The notes under the pieces: generated by a model
The model's database searches: none
Told to the model about the DNA's origin: nothing
Seen by the model: the letters and a program-made list of their open reading frames with translations, nothing else
Translations under genes and position numbers: made by a program
Origin: an uncultured cyanobacterium
Lineage (GTDB): Bacteria > Cyanobacteriota > Cyanobacteriia > Cyanobacteriales > Nostocaceae
Assembly: GCA_963706595.1 (NCBI GenBank)
Contig: OY970166.1
Location: 3,520,001-3,584,000, forward strand
Reading direction: 5' to 3'
Length of the DNA stretch: 64,000 nucleotides
Shown here: in pieces, positions 11,010 to 21,623 of the stretch
How positions within the stretch are numbered: position 1 is the stretch's first letter
Layout: every line of letters starts with the position of its first letter

Positions 11010-11761
11010 ATGTATACCAGTGAATCAATCAAGTACTCTACCAGAGCCGAAATCGGACAAACGAGCCGGATTCTAGTGGTAGAAGATGAAGAATTAATCC
11101 AAGAAATGCTAGCTCTAGCATTAGAAGAAGAAGGTTTTGGCGTGATAACTGCCCCTGATGGGCGGTCTGCTATAGAATATCTCAAAAGTTGTGAACCCAA
11201 CTCTGGTGAACCTGCTTTTGATTTAATAATTCTGGATTTGATGCTACCTCATATTAATGGGCTAGATATCTGCCGCTTGCTGCGCCATCAAGGCAACCCA
11301 GTCCCAATTTTGATTCTCAGTGCAAAAGGTAGTGAAACTGACCGCGTTTTAGGGTTAGAAGTAGGAGCAGATGATTATCTGACTAAACCCTTTAGCATGA
11401 GGGAGTTAGTAGCTCGTTGTCGCGCTTTACTCCGTCGCCAACGCTTAAGTAGTTTGCCACAACTACAAGTCCTAAAACATAAGAATGTCACTTTAAATCC
11501 CCAAGAGTGCCGTGTGCTGGTTCGAGACCAAGAAGTGAATTTGTCTCCAAAAGAGTTTCGCTTGCTGGAACTGTTTATGAGTTATGCTCGTCGGGTCTGG
11601 TCTCGTGAGCAATTGTTAGATCAGGTTTGGGTCCAGAATTTGTTGGTGACAGTAAAACTGTAGATGTTCATATCCGTTGGTTACGCGAAAAACTAGAGGA
11701 AGATCCTAGTCATCCCGAATATATTGTGACTGTCAGAGGTTTTGGCTATCGGTTTGGATAA
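11010..11761 (+). CDS. sphR: Phosphate regulon response regulator (OmpR family), apparent 1-nt deletion at about 11630
   Basis: Receiver plus winged helix; adding one G at GTTTGGGTCC restores [32 protein letters not shown]; sits upstream of the kinase and phoU. Confidence 0.85.
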
Positions 11762-11820
11762 TCTAGGCAAATAGTTGTTAGTTTTTAATAATCATACAGC
11801 AACTAGCAACTCAAATTCTC

Positions 11821-13200
11821 ATGCTCTTATTGGGATTTTTTCTCGGTTTAACGGTAGGGATTGGATTTTGGATTTGGCAACAGGTTCAACTTAGACGCTA
11901 CTTGGGGCGACTACTGCAACCGTTAAGCTCTGTTTCTGACAAGGTAGTGCTACTGCTCATACCACGTTTGCAGCGCGAAATATTAATACTGAAGCAGCAG
12001 CAACAAGATTTGCAGCAGTCACTACAAACCTACCAAGACCTGCTGGATTTTGCTCCACTGGGATATTTGCAGGTAGATGAAGAAAATCAATTGCTGTGGT
12101 GCAATCAGCAAGCGCGAGAAATATTATCTCTCCAAAGATGGCAAGCAGGACAGGTGCGCTTATTGCTGGAGTTGGTGCGATCTTATGAACTTGATCATTT
12201 GATCGAACAAACTCGTGATTTGCAGAAACCACAGACAAATGAGTGGTTATTTCACCCGTCTTTTGATAATGTTGCACAGATGTCAAGGGTAAAATCACTG
12301 AGCTTGCGAGCATCCAGTCTACCATTACCCAACGGACAAGTAGGAGTTTTCTTGGAAAATCGCCAACCTCTACTGGACATGAATCAACAACGCGATCGCT
12401 CTTTTTCGGATTTAGCCCACGAACTAAGAACGCCATTGACTTCGATTCGGTTGGTGGTGGAAACCTTACAAAACCGCTTAGAACCGCCCTTAGATCGTTG
12501 GGTGAATCGGCTGATGCAGGAAGTGGATCGGCTAATTAATTTGGTGCAAAGCTGGTTGGAACTAACCCAAATGGAAGCCAACCCAACTATGCAATTGCAT
12601 CTAGAAGTTTTGGAAATGCGATCGCTGATTACATCTGTTTGGGAAACATTAGAACCATTAACGCAAAAGCGACATCTGTCTCTTGACTACTCAGGTCCAG
12701 AACATCTATTGATTAAAGTAGACCCCGCCCGCATTTATCAAGTTTTTCTGAATTTGCTAGATAACAGTATCAAATACAGTCCTCCTCATACCAGTATTCA
12801 AGTCCACGCCAAAATCTTATCTGCACAGAAAACTGATCATAGCGATGGGCTAGGCCCTGCTGGAGGCGATCGCGAAGCGCTGCTGCAAGCAGATCGCGCT
12901 GCCACTATTTTAGAAATAAATCTTATTGATTCAGGACTAGGTTTTTCTGAAGCAGATTTACCGCATATTTTTGAGCGATTTTACCGTGGAGATAAAGCCC
13001 GGACTCATTCCTCATTACCAGAAAATAATTCTCTGGGGACGATTGTGGGTAATGGTTTAGGTTTAGCTATCGTCAGGCAAATTATTGTCGCCCACGGCGG
13101 TTCCATCAAAGCCATGAACGATCCAGACACTGGTGGCGCTTGGATGCAGCTTCAACTTCCTCAAGTTATGGCAAACTCCCTAAGCCAAGACTATAGTTAA
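11821..13200 (+). CDS. sphS: Phosphate sensor histidine kinase (PhoR-like)
   Basis: AHELRTPLT H-box, NLLDNSIKY, FERFYRGD, GLGLAIV; context. Confidence 0.88.
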   Translation: MLLLGFFLGLTVGIGFWIWQQVQLRRYLGRLLQPLSSVSDKVVLLLIPRLQREILILKQQQQDLQQSLQTYQDLLDFAPLGYLQVDEENQLLWCNQQAREILSLQRWQAGQVRLLLELVRSYELDHLIEQTRDLQKPQTNEWLFHPSFDNVAQMSRVKSLSLRASSLPLPNGQVGVFLENRQPLLDMNQQRDRSFSDLAHELRTPLTSIRLVVETLQNRLEPPLDRWVNRLMQEVDRLINLVQSWLELTQMEANPTMQLHLEVLEMRSLITSVWETLEPLTQKRHLSLDYSGPEHLLIKVDPARIYQVFLNLLDNSIKYSPPHTSIQVHAKILSAQKTDHSDGLGPAGGDREALLQADRAATILEINLIDSGLGFSEADLPHIFERFYRGDKARTHSSLPENNSLGTIVGNGLGLAIVRQIIVAHGGSIKAMNDPDTGGAWMQLQLPQVMANSLSQDYS

Positions 13201-13228
13201 TAATATCTTCACCTTTGAGACCATAAGT

Positions 13229-13903
13229 GTGGAAGCTGCCTTGTATGATCGCAATCCTAACCCTAAAAATCCCCAGTTGGCGCGTGCCATTAGGCGCTTA
13301 GAACGGGACGTATTACGCATGGGCGCTTTGGTAGAACAATCCTTTCGCCTCAGCCACCAAGCGCTATTTGCCCGTAATTTAACAGCAGCTGAGGAACTTC
13401 CCCGATTAGATCAAAAAATTGATCGCTTTTATCGACAAATCGAATCAGACTGTACAGCAATCATGACTCTCCAAGCACCTACTGCTCAAGATTTGCGTTG
13501 TTTGAGTGCTTTCATGCAGTTGGTGCGAGACTTAGAGCGCATTGGCGATTATGCTGAGGATTTAGCGAATATTGCCGTTAAAATTTTTCCTTATCCGCCT
13601 CATCCGTCTTTACCAGAGATTGAAAATATGTCTCACCATGGACAAGCAATGCTAGCAACTAGCTTAAAGGCTTTAGCTGATTTGGATGAAGTTGGTGGAC
13701 GAGGTTTAAAGTACCTAGATGATGCTGTAGACAATGCTTATGATCGCGTTTATCAGACTTTAGCCCAGCAACGTGATATATCAGGAGTAGTCGAGCCAAT
13801 TTTGCTGCTAGCTTTAGCAATTCGTTGTTTGGAACGCATGGCAGATCATGCCACTAATATCGGGCAAAGAGTAGCATACATCGTCACTGGACAACGTTCT
13901 TAA
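13229..13903 (+). CDS. phoU: Phosphate signalling complex protein PhoU
   Basis: DLERIGDYA and CLERMADHATNI motifs. Confidence 0.95.
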   Translation: MEAALYDRNPNPKNPQLARAIRRLERDVLRMGALVEQSFRLSHQALFARNLTAAEELPRLDQKIDRFYRQIESDCTAIMTLQAPTAQDLRCLSAFMQLVRDLERIGDYAEDLANIAVKIFPYPPHPSLPEIENMSHHGQAMLATSLKALADLDEVGGRGLKYLDDAVDNAYDRVYQTLAQQRDISGVVEPILLLALAIRCLERMADHATNIGQRVAYIVTGQRS

Positions 13904-14004
13904 TCCGTCACGATAAATTTTAAGTGCTATTTTATACTAAAATTTTTCACATTAAATATAGTTTTAAAAAAAATAACAATTAAAATTTTGTTAACTACCA
14001 TACA

Positions 14005-14048
14005 CTTTACCAAACGATTACCTTTTCTTAAACTTACTCAATTAAAGT
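14005..14048 (+). promoter_or_regulatory. Candidate Pho box (SphR site) with downstream -10
   Basis: CTTTACCA / GATTACCT / CTTAAACT at exact 11-bp period, then TAAAGT at 14043. Confidence 0.55.
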
Positions 14049-14821
14049 CCTGAGAGAGAATACAACAACTGTTTTGATCTCACTGGTACCGCCGTGAAGT
14101 CAAAAGTCAAAAATCAAAAATCAAAAAGCTTATAAAATGGGCTTTTCATGGATTTTGAATGGTCTGTTTATTTACGCCGTACTGTACTAGTAATTTGAAT
14201 GTCATTACAGCGACAAGTATCATACACCGATATAGCAAAAGTCAAAAGTCAGGAGGGGCATATTGCAATATGCTCTTACGAAATTGAAATACTTGCTGTG
14301 AATGGGTTTTAAAGTTTTGCCATGTCCTAACCACCTGGGCGGTTGCTATACTTGTGGCTCTGATAGGTTGTAATCAAATGTTACGCTCTAGCAAGTAAGT
14401 GTCTAGTTAAACAAAAACCTGCTTTTTTATTGATCAAAAATCTGGGAAAGTTGACAGTATTTGTAAAAATAGAGCATCTGAAATTTTAGCGTAAGAATTT
14501 TTGTTACTTCGCCCCGCCTTGGTAGATTCCGCTTTCTCTCTAGCACAACTAGTCCCCGTAGGGTTCTAAAGTAGGAGCTTATATAGGTGTAAAAATTAGA
14601 ATTTAGCTGAAGTTTGTGTATAGAAATTAAATGCCTACTGCGTTTATCTTCTAGATGCAAAACACAAAACTTTTGGCAAAAATACTATGACTATAAACAG
14701 TCATAACTTCGACTAATTAACTATATTCACTATTTAAGTGGAGGTTAATTTTTTTCTGAAAATTTTCTCATTGATGAATTAAAAGACTAATTTAGTTTGC
14801 ACTCTTACACGTACTTGCACA

Positions 14822-15430
14822 ATGTCTTCCACAAGTTTCACCCCAAACTTATCTGATGTATCGAATGAATCTAGCCTCAGTGGAGATTTACCACAAAGGT
14901 TATTTACTCGTAGAGAGTTAATTCCACCTGATAACGATGTCCTGTGGCGTATTGAGCGCGGAGCAGTTAGAACCTTAACCTGGAGCGAAGATGGAATATT
15001 TATTACTCTAGGTTATTGGGGTGCTGGCGACCTAATTGGCTATTCTTTATCAAAAGTTCAACCCTACCAGATTGAATGCCTCACAAGCGTAGAAGCAAGT
15101 ATTATACCGCAGCATCTTTGGTACAGAGACATTGATGCTTTTTTGTCTCATATTAAACATTCAGAAGAGCTTTTAAGCATAGTACATCTCAAACCGATGT
15201 CGTTACGCTTGGGGAAATTTCTGCTGTGGTTAAGTGAAAAATTTGGACGTGATGTTGAACAAGGTAAACTAATTGATCTAAATGTTACTCACCAAGAAAT
15301 ATCTGAAGTCTTGAATACTACACGTGTTACGGTAACAAGGATTTTACAGCAATTTGAGGAACAAGGGGCGTTATTACGATATAAACGTCGCATTATTCTT
15401 CTATCACCAAATAAGTTAAAGAAAATATAG
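14822..15430 (+). CDS. Crp/Fnr family transcriptional regulator
   Basis: C-terminal HTH THQEISEVLNTTRVTVTR. Confidence 0.9.
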   Translation: MSSTSFTPNLSDVSNESSLSGDLPQRLFTRRELIPPDNDVLWRIERGAVRTLTWSEDGIFITLGYWGAGDLIGYSLSKVQPYQIECLTSVEASIIPQHLWYRDIDAFLSHIKHSEELLSIVHLKPMSLRLGKFLLWLSEKFGRDVEQGKLIDLNVTHQEISEVLNTTRVTVTRILQQFEEQGALLRYKRRIILLSPNKLKKI

Positions 15431-15567
15431 TATAAAAAAATCATAATTGACTTGTGTTAATTATCAAAAGTTTGCTATATTCATCACTGAAGGTTTGAGT
15501 GAATCACCTGGAAAGGCTGAAAGCTTTTTCGTGATTACAGTTATTAGGTGTGAGTGAAATTAAAAAT

Positions 15568-17182
15568 ATGACAAAACTATTTTGGAATGCACTGAAGGTT
15601 AGCCCAGCGATCGCAGCAACATTTTTGGCTGCTAATAGCGCTTTAGCCGTTGAAGTGAATGAGCAATCAACAACTGTGGCTCAGTTGTCTCAAGAAGCTA
15701 ACAGCATCGGTCAAGTAACATCTGTTTCTCAGTTTTCGGATGTACAGCCTACAGACTGGGCGTTTCAAGCTTTGCAATCTCTGGTTGAGCGTTACGGTTG
15801 TATCGCAGGTTATCCTAACTCCACTTACCGTGGAAACCGTGCGTTGACTCGTTATGAGTTTGCGGCTGGTTTGAATGCTTGTTTAGACCGAGTTAATGAA
15901 TTAATCGCTACAGCAACCGCCGATGTAGTTACTAGACAAGACCTAGCTACATTACAGCGCTTGCAAGAAGAATTTTCGGCTGAATTGGCAACCCTGCGCG
16001 GTCGTGTAGATTCCTTAGAAGCTCGGACTGCTGAGTTAGAAGCGAATCAGTTTTCTACCACCACCAAGTTAAAGGGTGAAGCTATCTTTGCTTTGAATGG
16101 TGTAACTGGGGAACAGCAGCCAGACGGTAATACTGACGTAGAGGATAATATTACTTTCTCCAATCGGGTTCGTTTGAGTTTAGAAAGCAGCTTCACAGGA
16201 AAAGACAAGTTACAAGTTCGTTTGAGTGGTCGCTAACATTGCCCAATCAGACAACGGAAGCACAAGGGAGGGAAGTGAAAGACCAAACATTACTGGTACA
16301 AGAATGACCCGCTTGGGCTTTGACGGTGATGATGGTAACAACGTTGAACTTGACAAAGTTAACTACGCTTTCAACTTGAGTGATGCAATCCGCGTCAAGA
16401 TTGATGCTACAGGTGCAGAATTCTACGAAACTGGTGTCGATGTCTTCAACCCTGACTTCAAGAGCAGTGGTTCAGGTGCTATTTCTCGCTACGGACGTTT
16501 TAGCCCCATCTATCGTCAAGGTTCTGGTGGTGCAGGTGTGACTGTGCAATTCAATCCTAATGGCCCTTTAAGTTTGAGTGCAGCTTACCTATCACCTAGA
16601 GCTAGTAACCCCACTGAGGGTAATGGTGTTATAGATGGCGGTAATGCTATCTTTGGTCAGGTGGCTTTCAAGCCTAGCAAAGCCTTTAATATAGGTTTGA
16701 CCTACGCTCGCACTTATCAAAATAGTGAATCTGGTGTCAACCTTTTTGGTAGTACAGGAAGTGGTATTGCCAATAACCCATTTGGTGGCGTTGCTACAAC
16801 GTCCGATAACTATGGTGTACAAGCCACCTTCAACCCAAGTTCGGCATTGACAATTGGTGGTTGGGCAGGTTATACCACAGCACAATCTCAAGTTAGCGAT
16901 GCAGATGCAGACATTTTTTATTGGGCTGCTAGCGTAGGTGTCAAAGACTTTGGTAGAGAAGGGAACGTACTCGGTTTGATCTTCGGTCAACCTCCGAAAG
17001 TTACTGGTGGTTCTGTAGGCGAGGAAGATGGAACTTCTTATCATTTAGAAGGTCTCTACAAAATGCGCCTCACTGATAATATCGCCGTCACTCCTGGTTT
17101 GTTGGTAATTTTTAACCCTGAACACAGGGATAACGCAGATACCGTCTACGTAGGTACTTTACGTACTACCTTCAGCTTCTAG
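15568..17182 (+). CDS. SLH-domain OprB-type outer membrane porin, apparent +1 frameshift at about 16230
   Basis: VTSVSQFSDVQPTDWAF SLH, FSTTTKL, C-terminal GTLRTTFSF; split across two ORFs. Confidence 0.88.
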
Positions 17183-17210
17183 AACTGGTTTTTGTGAGAA
17201 GTTAAATAAG

Positions 17211-17235
17211 AAGCCCGCCTTGGTGCGGGCTTTTT
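17211..17235 (+). terminator. Rho-independent terminator
   Basis: AAGCCCGC-cttggt-GCGGGCTTTTT. Confidence 0.85.
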
Positions 17236-17250
17236 GTTGGCAAAAAATAG

Positions 17251-17511
17251 CTATGTGGGATAATAATCTTGTCGATTTGGGATATCTGCTGGGGGGCGAT
17301 CGCTACTCCAAGCCCACCAAACATAACCACATTGACAATTGTAAAATTCCTGCCATTTGCGACGATGGTCTGCTGTCATGACAGGCGATCGCCTATTAAT
17401 CCAAACTTCTAAAGCTTCACGGCTACTGGCGTGACAACTAGGACAGCAAAACTCGTAAGCATGAACTGCCTGATTTGTCCATTTAGGCGGTATGGGAGCA
17501 AAAGCATCCAT
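17251..17511 (-). CDS. Conserved Cys-rich hypothetical protein
   Basis: CCPSC..CQCG putative zinc ligands. Confidence 0.75.
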   Translation of the reverse strand: MDAFAPIPPKWTNQAVHAYEFCCPSCHASSREALEVWINRRSPVMTADHRRKWQEFYNCQCGYVWWAWSSDRPPADIPNRQDYYPT

Positions 17512-17678
17512 TTAATCTTAATTGGGAGTTCGTAGTGAAGCACTTAAGTAGTATTATCTCATGTATATGAGAATAAATTTTTCAACGCAGAGGGACGCTA
17601 AGTGAGCGCAAAGGTACGCTGAGTCAAAATTTGAGATGATAACTACGAATTACGAATTACGAATTACGAATTATTCCA

Positions 17679-18278
17679 ATGGAGCCAAGGGTTGAAGTTC
17701 GCCGTTTGTTAGATGTGATGCCTGCTTCTAGTCGGATGACTGTCAAGATTGTCAGCAAGCCGGAGCAGGTAAGGGTGATTTCTGCTGCTTTTCCTCTACC
17801 TTGGCATCAGGAGCGACCGATATATATTAATTTTGATTTGTGGTTGCGTCTGGCTAAATCTCAACGGGATTTGTTGCTATTGCAGAAGGTTAGCTGGTTA
17901 ACGGGGGTGACGTGGTTTAAACCTGATATTTATCAAGGTGTAGTTTTGGCTGGGTTGTTGGCGGGATTGCTGGAATCAGCAGAAGCGGATGTAGTGGGTG
18001 TGGCTGTGGCTGGGGGATTAAGTGCGATCGCTTTGGTGCGGATTTGGCGCACTAACAAGTCTTCTGAATCAGAGTTAAATGCCGATTTAGCGGCGCTGCG
18101 GATCGCCCAACGTCGGGGTTACTCGGAAACTGAAGCCGCCGAGCATTTATTATCTGCGATTGAGGCGATCGCTCGGATTGAAAAACATTCTACTCTCAGT
18201 TTTAGTGAGTTAGTTCGTTGTCAGAATTTACGCGCGATCGCTGGTTTATCTCCTGTGGGCGTACCAAAAGGTTATTAA
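17679..18278 (+). CDS. DUF3318 family protein
   Basis: RRLLDVMPAS.RM N-terminus, RCQNLRAIAGLS C-terminus. Confidence 0.75.
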   Translation: MEPRVEVRRLLDVMPASSRMTVKIVSKPEQVRVISAAFPLPWHQERPIYINFDLWLRLAKSQRDLLLLQKVSWLTGVTWFKPDIYQGVVLAGLLAGLLESAEADVVGVAVAGGLSAIALVRIWRTNKSSESELNADLAALRIAQRRGYSETEAAEHLLSAIEAIARIEKHSTLSFSELVRCQNLRAIAGLSPVGVPKGY

Positions 18279-18284
18279 AAACGA

Positions 18285-19997
18285 TTATTTACAGTGATAA
18301 AGTTCATATACATAACCGTTGATTGCTGGCAAATTTTGCTTTTCTAAGTCACATTTTTTAACTTCTTCAGCTATTGGAGCCTGAAAATTCACTAACCATA
18401 AATCAAAGGGTCGTGGTAACTCTTTTAAGGTATTGTTTAGGGCTGTAGTAGAAGTATTGGGATTTTGGTCTTGATGGGCGAGGAGAAATTGGGTATTAAC
18501 TTGTGAATTAGAAGATTTTAACTCCCAGGCTATCCCCATCATTTCGCCAATGTGTACATGAGTTATCTGGGTAGTAGCAATCAGGACTGGCACTTGGGAT
18601 GTTTGTGGAATCAGTTGTACAAAAAGGTCAGGGCGGTAGTATTTTTGATAACCGAGATTGCAAACAACTGTCACAGCACTAAAAAATCCCATCAGCCAAA
18701 TGAGGATTACGGCTTTTTTGCCAGTGATTCCCCATTTGCCTATACTTTCATCACGCCAACAAACTGCGAGGCTTGCACCTAATAAAACTATGACTGCGGG
18801 AAAGTAGACAAAGTTGTAACGAGCGCCTCGTGTCAAATCAATGCCCAGAAAATAGGTAAAAATAAAGAATAAAGCGATCGCTCCCACAACTAAACCAGCT
18901 AATACCTGAGTTATAATCCGATTCTCTGGTTGCTGTAGTTGTACTTTGAAGCCACGAATGAGTATTGGTAATGCCCAAATCAAGAACATCAGCATTACTA
19001 CTCCAGAAGTAATCATAATTGCTAGCTGTGGTGCTTCTATTGGTAGTAAGTAAAGCATAGTTATCCAGGCTGCAAAAGCTTGAAAAATTGGGCTAATCCA
19101 AGCAATCCCGACTCGTGGATGTTGAATCCATTCAGTTAATTGACTGCCATAGCTATTTTGCAAAAATACAGGTAACCAAACTAATCCTGCCACAAAAGTA
19201 CCAGCCGCAACGATATAGATACGCTGCCAAAGAGGGGAAAAGAACAGAGACAATTTAGCCCTAGTCGGGTTTTGATGCCAACCTAGAAAGATGATTACTA
19301 AAGCTTCTGTACATAGGGTAAGGGCGAAGAAGTAATGAGTCGCAATACCCAAAGCATTAATTCCTACCCAGGAAAGGACTAGATAAATGGATAATTGAGT
19401 CCGATTTTGAATATGACGTGTCGCAATTACCAAACAGGTCAAGGAAGCAATTACCCACAAAATAGCCAAAGTATAATGACGTGCTTCTTGTGCTAAAAAT
19501 ATTCCAAAGGGTGACACTGCCATCATAGCAGCCGCTAAATGACTCACTAATCGCGAGCGAAAAGTTAGCCAGCCCAAGGTATAGATAGCAGGAATCGAGG
19601 CTGCGCCCAAAATAGCCGCTAGCGATCGCGCTCCCCATAAAGAAACTAAACCGCCTGGTGTAGGAAATAACTGCATCCACCAATGAGCTAGAAAAAAGTA
19701 AAGCGGAGGATGGTTAGTTTCTTGACTCAGGTGTGTCCATACGTCTTGGATATTAGCAGTTGCTTGTGGTTGCAGTGGTTGTAACAGGATATCAGGTGCG
19801 ATCGCTTGGTCTAACGGTACTCCTAAAAAACTATTTCCCAGACTAAATACTAAGGTGGAAAACTCATCAGTCCAAAGAGATTTTTCCGTCAAATTAGCTA
19901 AACGTAAGCTGATACCGATAATTAACCAAATCAGCAACAGTAAAGCATGAAACCAGCGAGTCGAAACAACAGAGCGCCAATTATTATCTAAATACAT
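18285..19997 (-). CDS. GT-C fold glycosyltransferase (GT39/PMT-like)
   Basis: WTDE, HPPLYF, QEARHY motifs; multi-TM. Confidence 0.85.
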   Translation of the reverse strand: MYLDNNWRSVVSTRWFHALLLLIWLIIGISLRLANLTEKSLWTDEFSTLVFSLGNSFLGVPLDQAIAPDILLQPLQPQATANIQDVWTHLSQETNHPPLYFFLAHWWMQLFPTPGGLVSLWGARSLAAILGAASIPAIYTLGWLTFRSRLVSHLAAAMMAVSPFGIFLAQEARHYTLAILWVIASLTCLVIATRHIQNRTQLSIYLVLSWVGINALGIATHYFFALTLCTEALVIIFLGWHQNPTRAKLSLFFSPLWQRIYIVAAGTFVAGLVWLPVFLQNSYGSQLTEWIQHPRVGIAWISPIFQAFAAWITMLYLLPIEAPQLAIMITSGVVMLMFLIWALPILIRGFKVQLQQPENRIITQVLAGLVVGAIALFFIFTYFLGIDLTRGARYNFVYFPAVIVLLGASLAVCWRDESIGKWGITGKKAVILIWLMGFFSAVTVVCNLGYQKYYRPDLFVQLIPQTSQVPVLIATTQITHVHIGEMMGIAWELKSSNSQVNTQFLLAHQDQNPNTSTTALNNTLKELPRPFDLWLVNFQAPIAEEVKKCDLEKQNLPAINGYVYELYHCK

Positions 19998-20058
19998 CTA
20001 TTTTTTGGCAGAATTTTTGCTGGCTGAAGCTATCAAGTAAACTACCTCGCACTTCTAT

Positions 20059-21537
20059 CTATTGTGCAACGTTAGATATTTTACGATAAATTTGCGTTTC
20101 TTCCATGTTCTTTAACAGTGTATAATCTGTTTCTAGTGTGGTTTCCAGTAAGGCGATCGCCTCTGGATGACCTTGTAAATACCAGACGTTTTCGTTCTTG
20201 ACAATAAACTCAGGTTTTTGTGCCAACACTTTGAGCAATTCTTGATTAGTATTAGTAGTTGGACTCTGCATAACACGGAATAAATAGTCTTTTGATATAT
20301 TCGATGGATGCGTGACTATCTTCGTTGGCGGTTTAATATCCAACAGCCAATAAACGAGGTGATACTCCATCATGTACACCGTCATATTGCGCCCGCCTTC
20401 TTCAGATAAGTATTGCGCTAAATCATATTCTTTACCATAGGACATTGATTGTTGTGCAACTAGGCGCGATCCTACTGTTTTGTATTCATTGAATGTTGGT
20501 AACGCCGTCAGAATTAAGGTTAATATCAGAATAGAATAGCCTGCTTTGAGGTTCAAATTCAAGATTTTCTGGAACCAAGATGCCAATACTACAGCAAAAA
20601 ATGGAGCCAGTTGAATCATATAATGATTATGCGCTGCCCCGCTATTTAAAATCGACCACTCAATACCAACAAAGAATATCAAGCAGTATATTAATTGACT
20701 TTGTTTAGCTGAAGAGTTTTTTGATAGTTTAATCATCCTGATCATCTGGAAGCAGCCGATGATAAATATAATTCCCCAAACATTATAGAGTTGTTTAAAT
20801 ATCAGTTCCCATAATGAGGCTTGAGCATTAGAGTAACTTAATGAGGCATCAATGACCGAAGTTTTAAATAGTTGAGTATTATTGGTTAATATGTATGGTA
20901 TGAGCAAAGCTAAAAACGGAATTAAACAACCAATTCCATAGGCAAATATTGCCAAAAATATTTTTTTAATTGAATGAAAATTAATACTTTTTGCTGCAAT
21001 GTATACGCCTAAAATCAATGCTAAATAAGCTAAATTCAGGCGAATCATACACGCAGAACCCATCAGCAAACCCACCAAGAAAAAATTAATATTAATCAAC
21101 TTATTCTTACTAACAAGTAGGGCTAAAGAACCGAGTAATGGCACAATAGCTATATGCTCAGTCATCACAGATTTACCATCCATCAAAGGACCAGTTAAGA
21201 TGATAAATATAATGGCAGCCAATAGACTAAGTTTGGAATTCCACACAGAGCGACAAATATAGTAAATGAGGATTGCCGCAATCATGACGCAGAGGGTTCC
21301 AAATAAGCGAACAGCTATAATAGACTTACCAAAAGCTAAAATAGCTAAAGCATAGCTAAAGAATACTAGTGGTGGCTTTACATCCCAGAGTTCTACATAG
21401 GGTAAATTGCCATCTAAAATAGATTGACCCATCAAAATAAATGTACTTTCATCCCAATTAAATGTAGCGCGAAAGAAGAATGGCAGCCGGAAGAATAAGC
21501 TAAATGCAATTATAATTAACAGGTGTAGGTAGTTCAT
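20059..21537 (-). CDS. ArnT/GT39-like membrane glycosyltransferase
   Basis: WDE, LPY..WDVKPPL motifs; multi-TM; AT-rich. Confidence 0.8.
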   Translation of the reverse strand: MNYLHLLIIIAFSLFFRLPFFFRATFNWDESTFILMGQSILDGNLPYVELWDVKPPLVFFSYALAILAFGKSIIAVRLFGTLCVMIAAILIYYICRSVWNSKLSLLAAIIFIILTGPLMDGKSVMTEHIAIVPLLGSLALLVSKNKLININFFLVGLLMGSACMIRLNLAYLALILGVYIAAKSINFHSIKKIFLAIFAYGIGCLIPFLALLIPYILTNNTQLFKTSVIDASLSYSNAQASLWELIFKQLYNVWGIIFIIGCFQMIRMIKLSKNSSAKQSQLIYCLIFFVGIEWSILNSGAAHNHYMIQLAPFFAVVLASWFQKILNLNLKAGYSILILTLILTALPTFNEYKTVGSRLVAQQSMSYGKEYDLAQYLSEEGGRNMTVYMMEYHLVYWLLDIKPPTKIVTHPSNISKDYLFRVMQSPTTNTNQELLKVLAQKPEFIVKNENVWYLQGHPEAIALLETTLETDYTLLKNMEETQIYRKISNVAQ

Positions 21538-21623
21538 GAAGGATAATTCTTATGGTTTTTTAAACTTGCAAAATATTTATTTTTTAACCTCAAAATTGAG
21601 ATTTTAATTCAATGAAATAGCGG

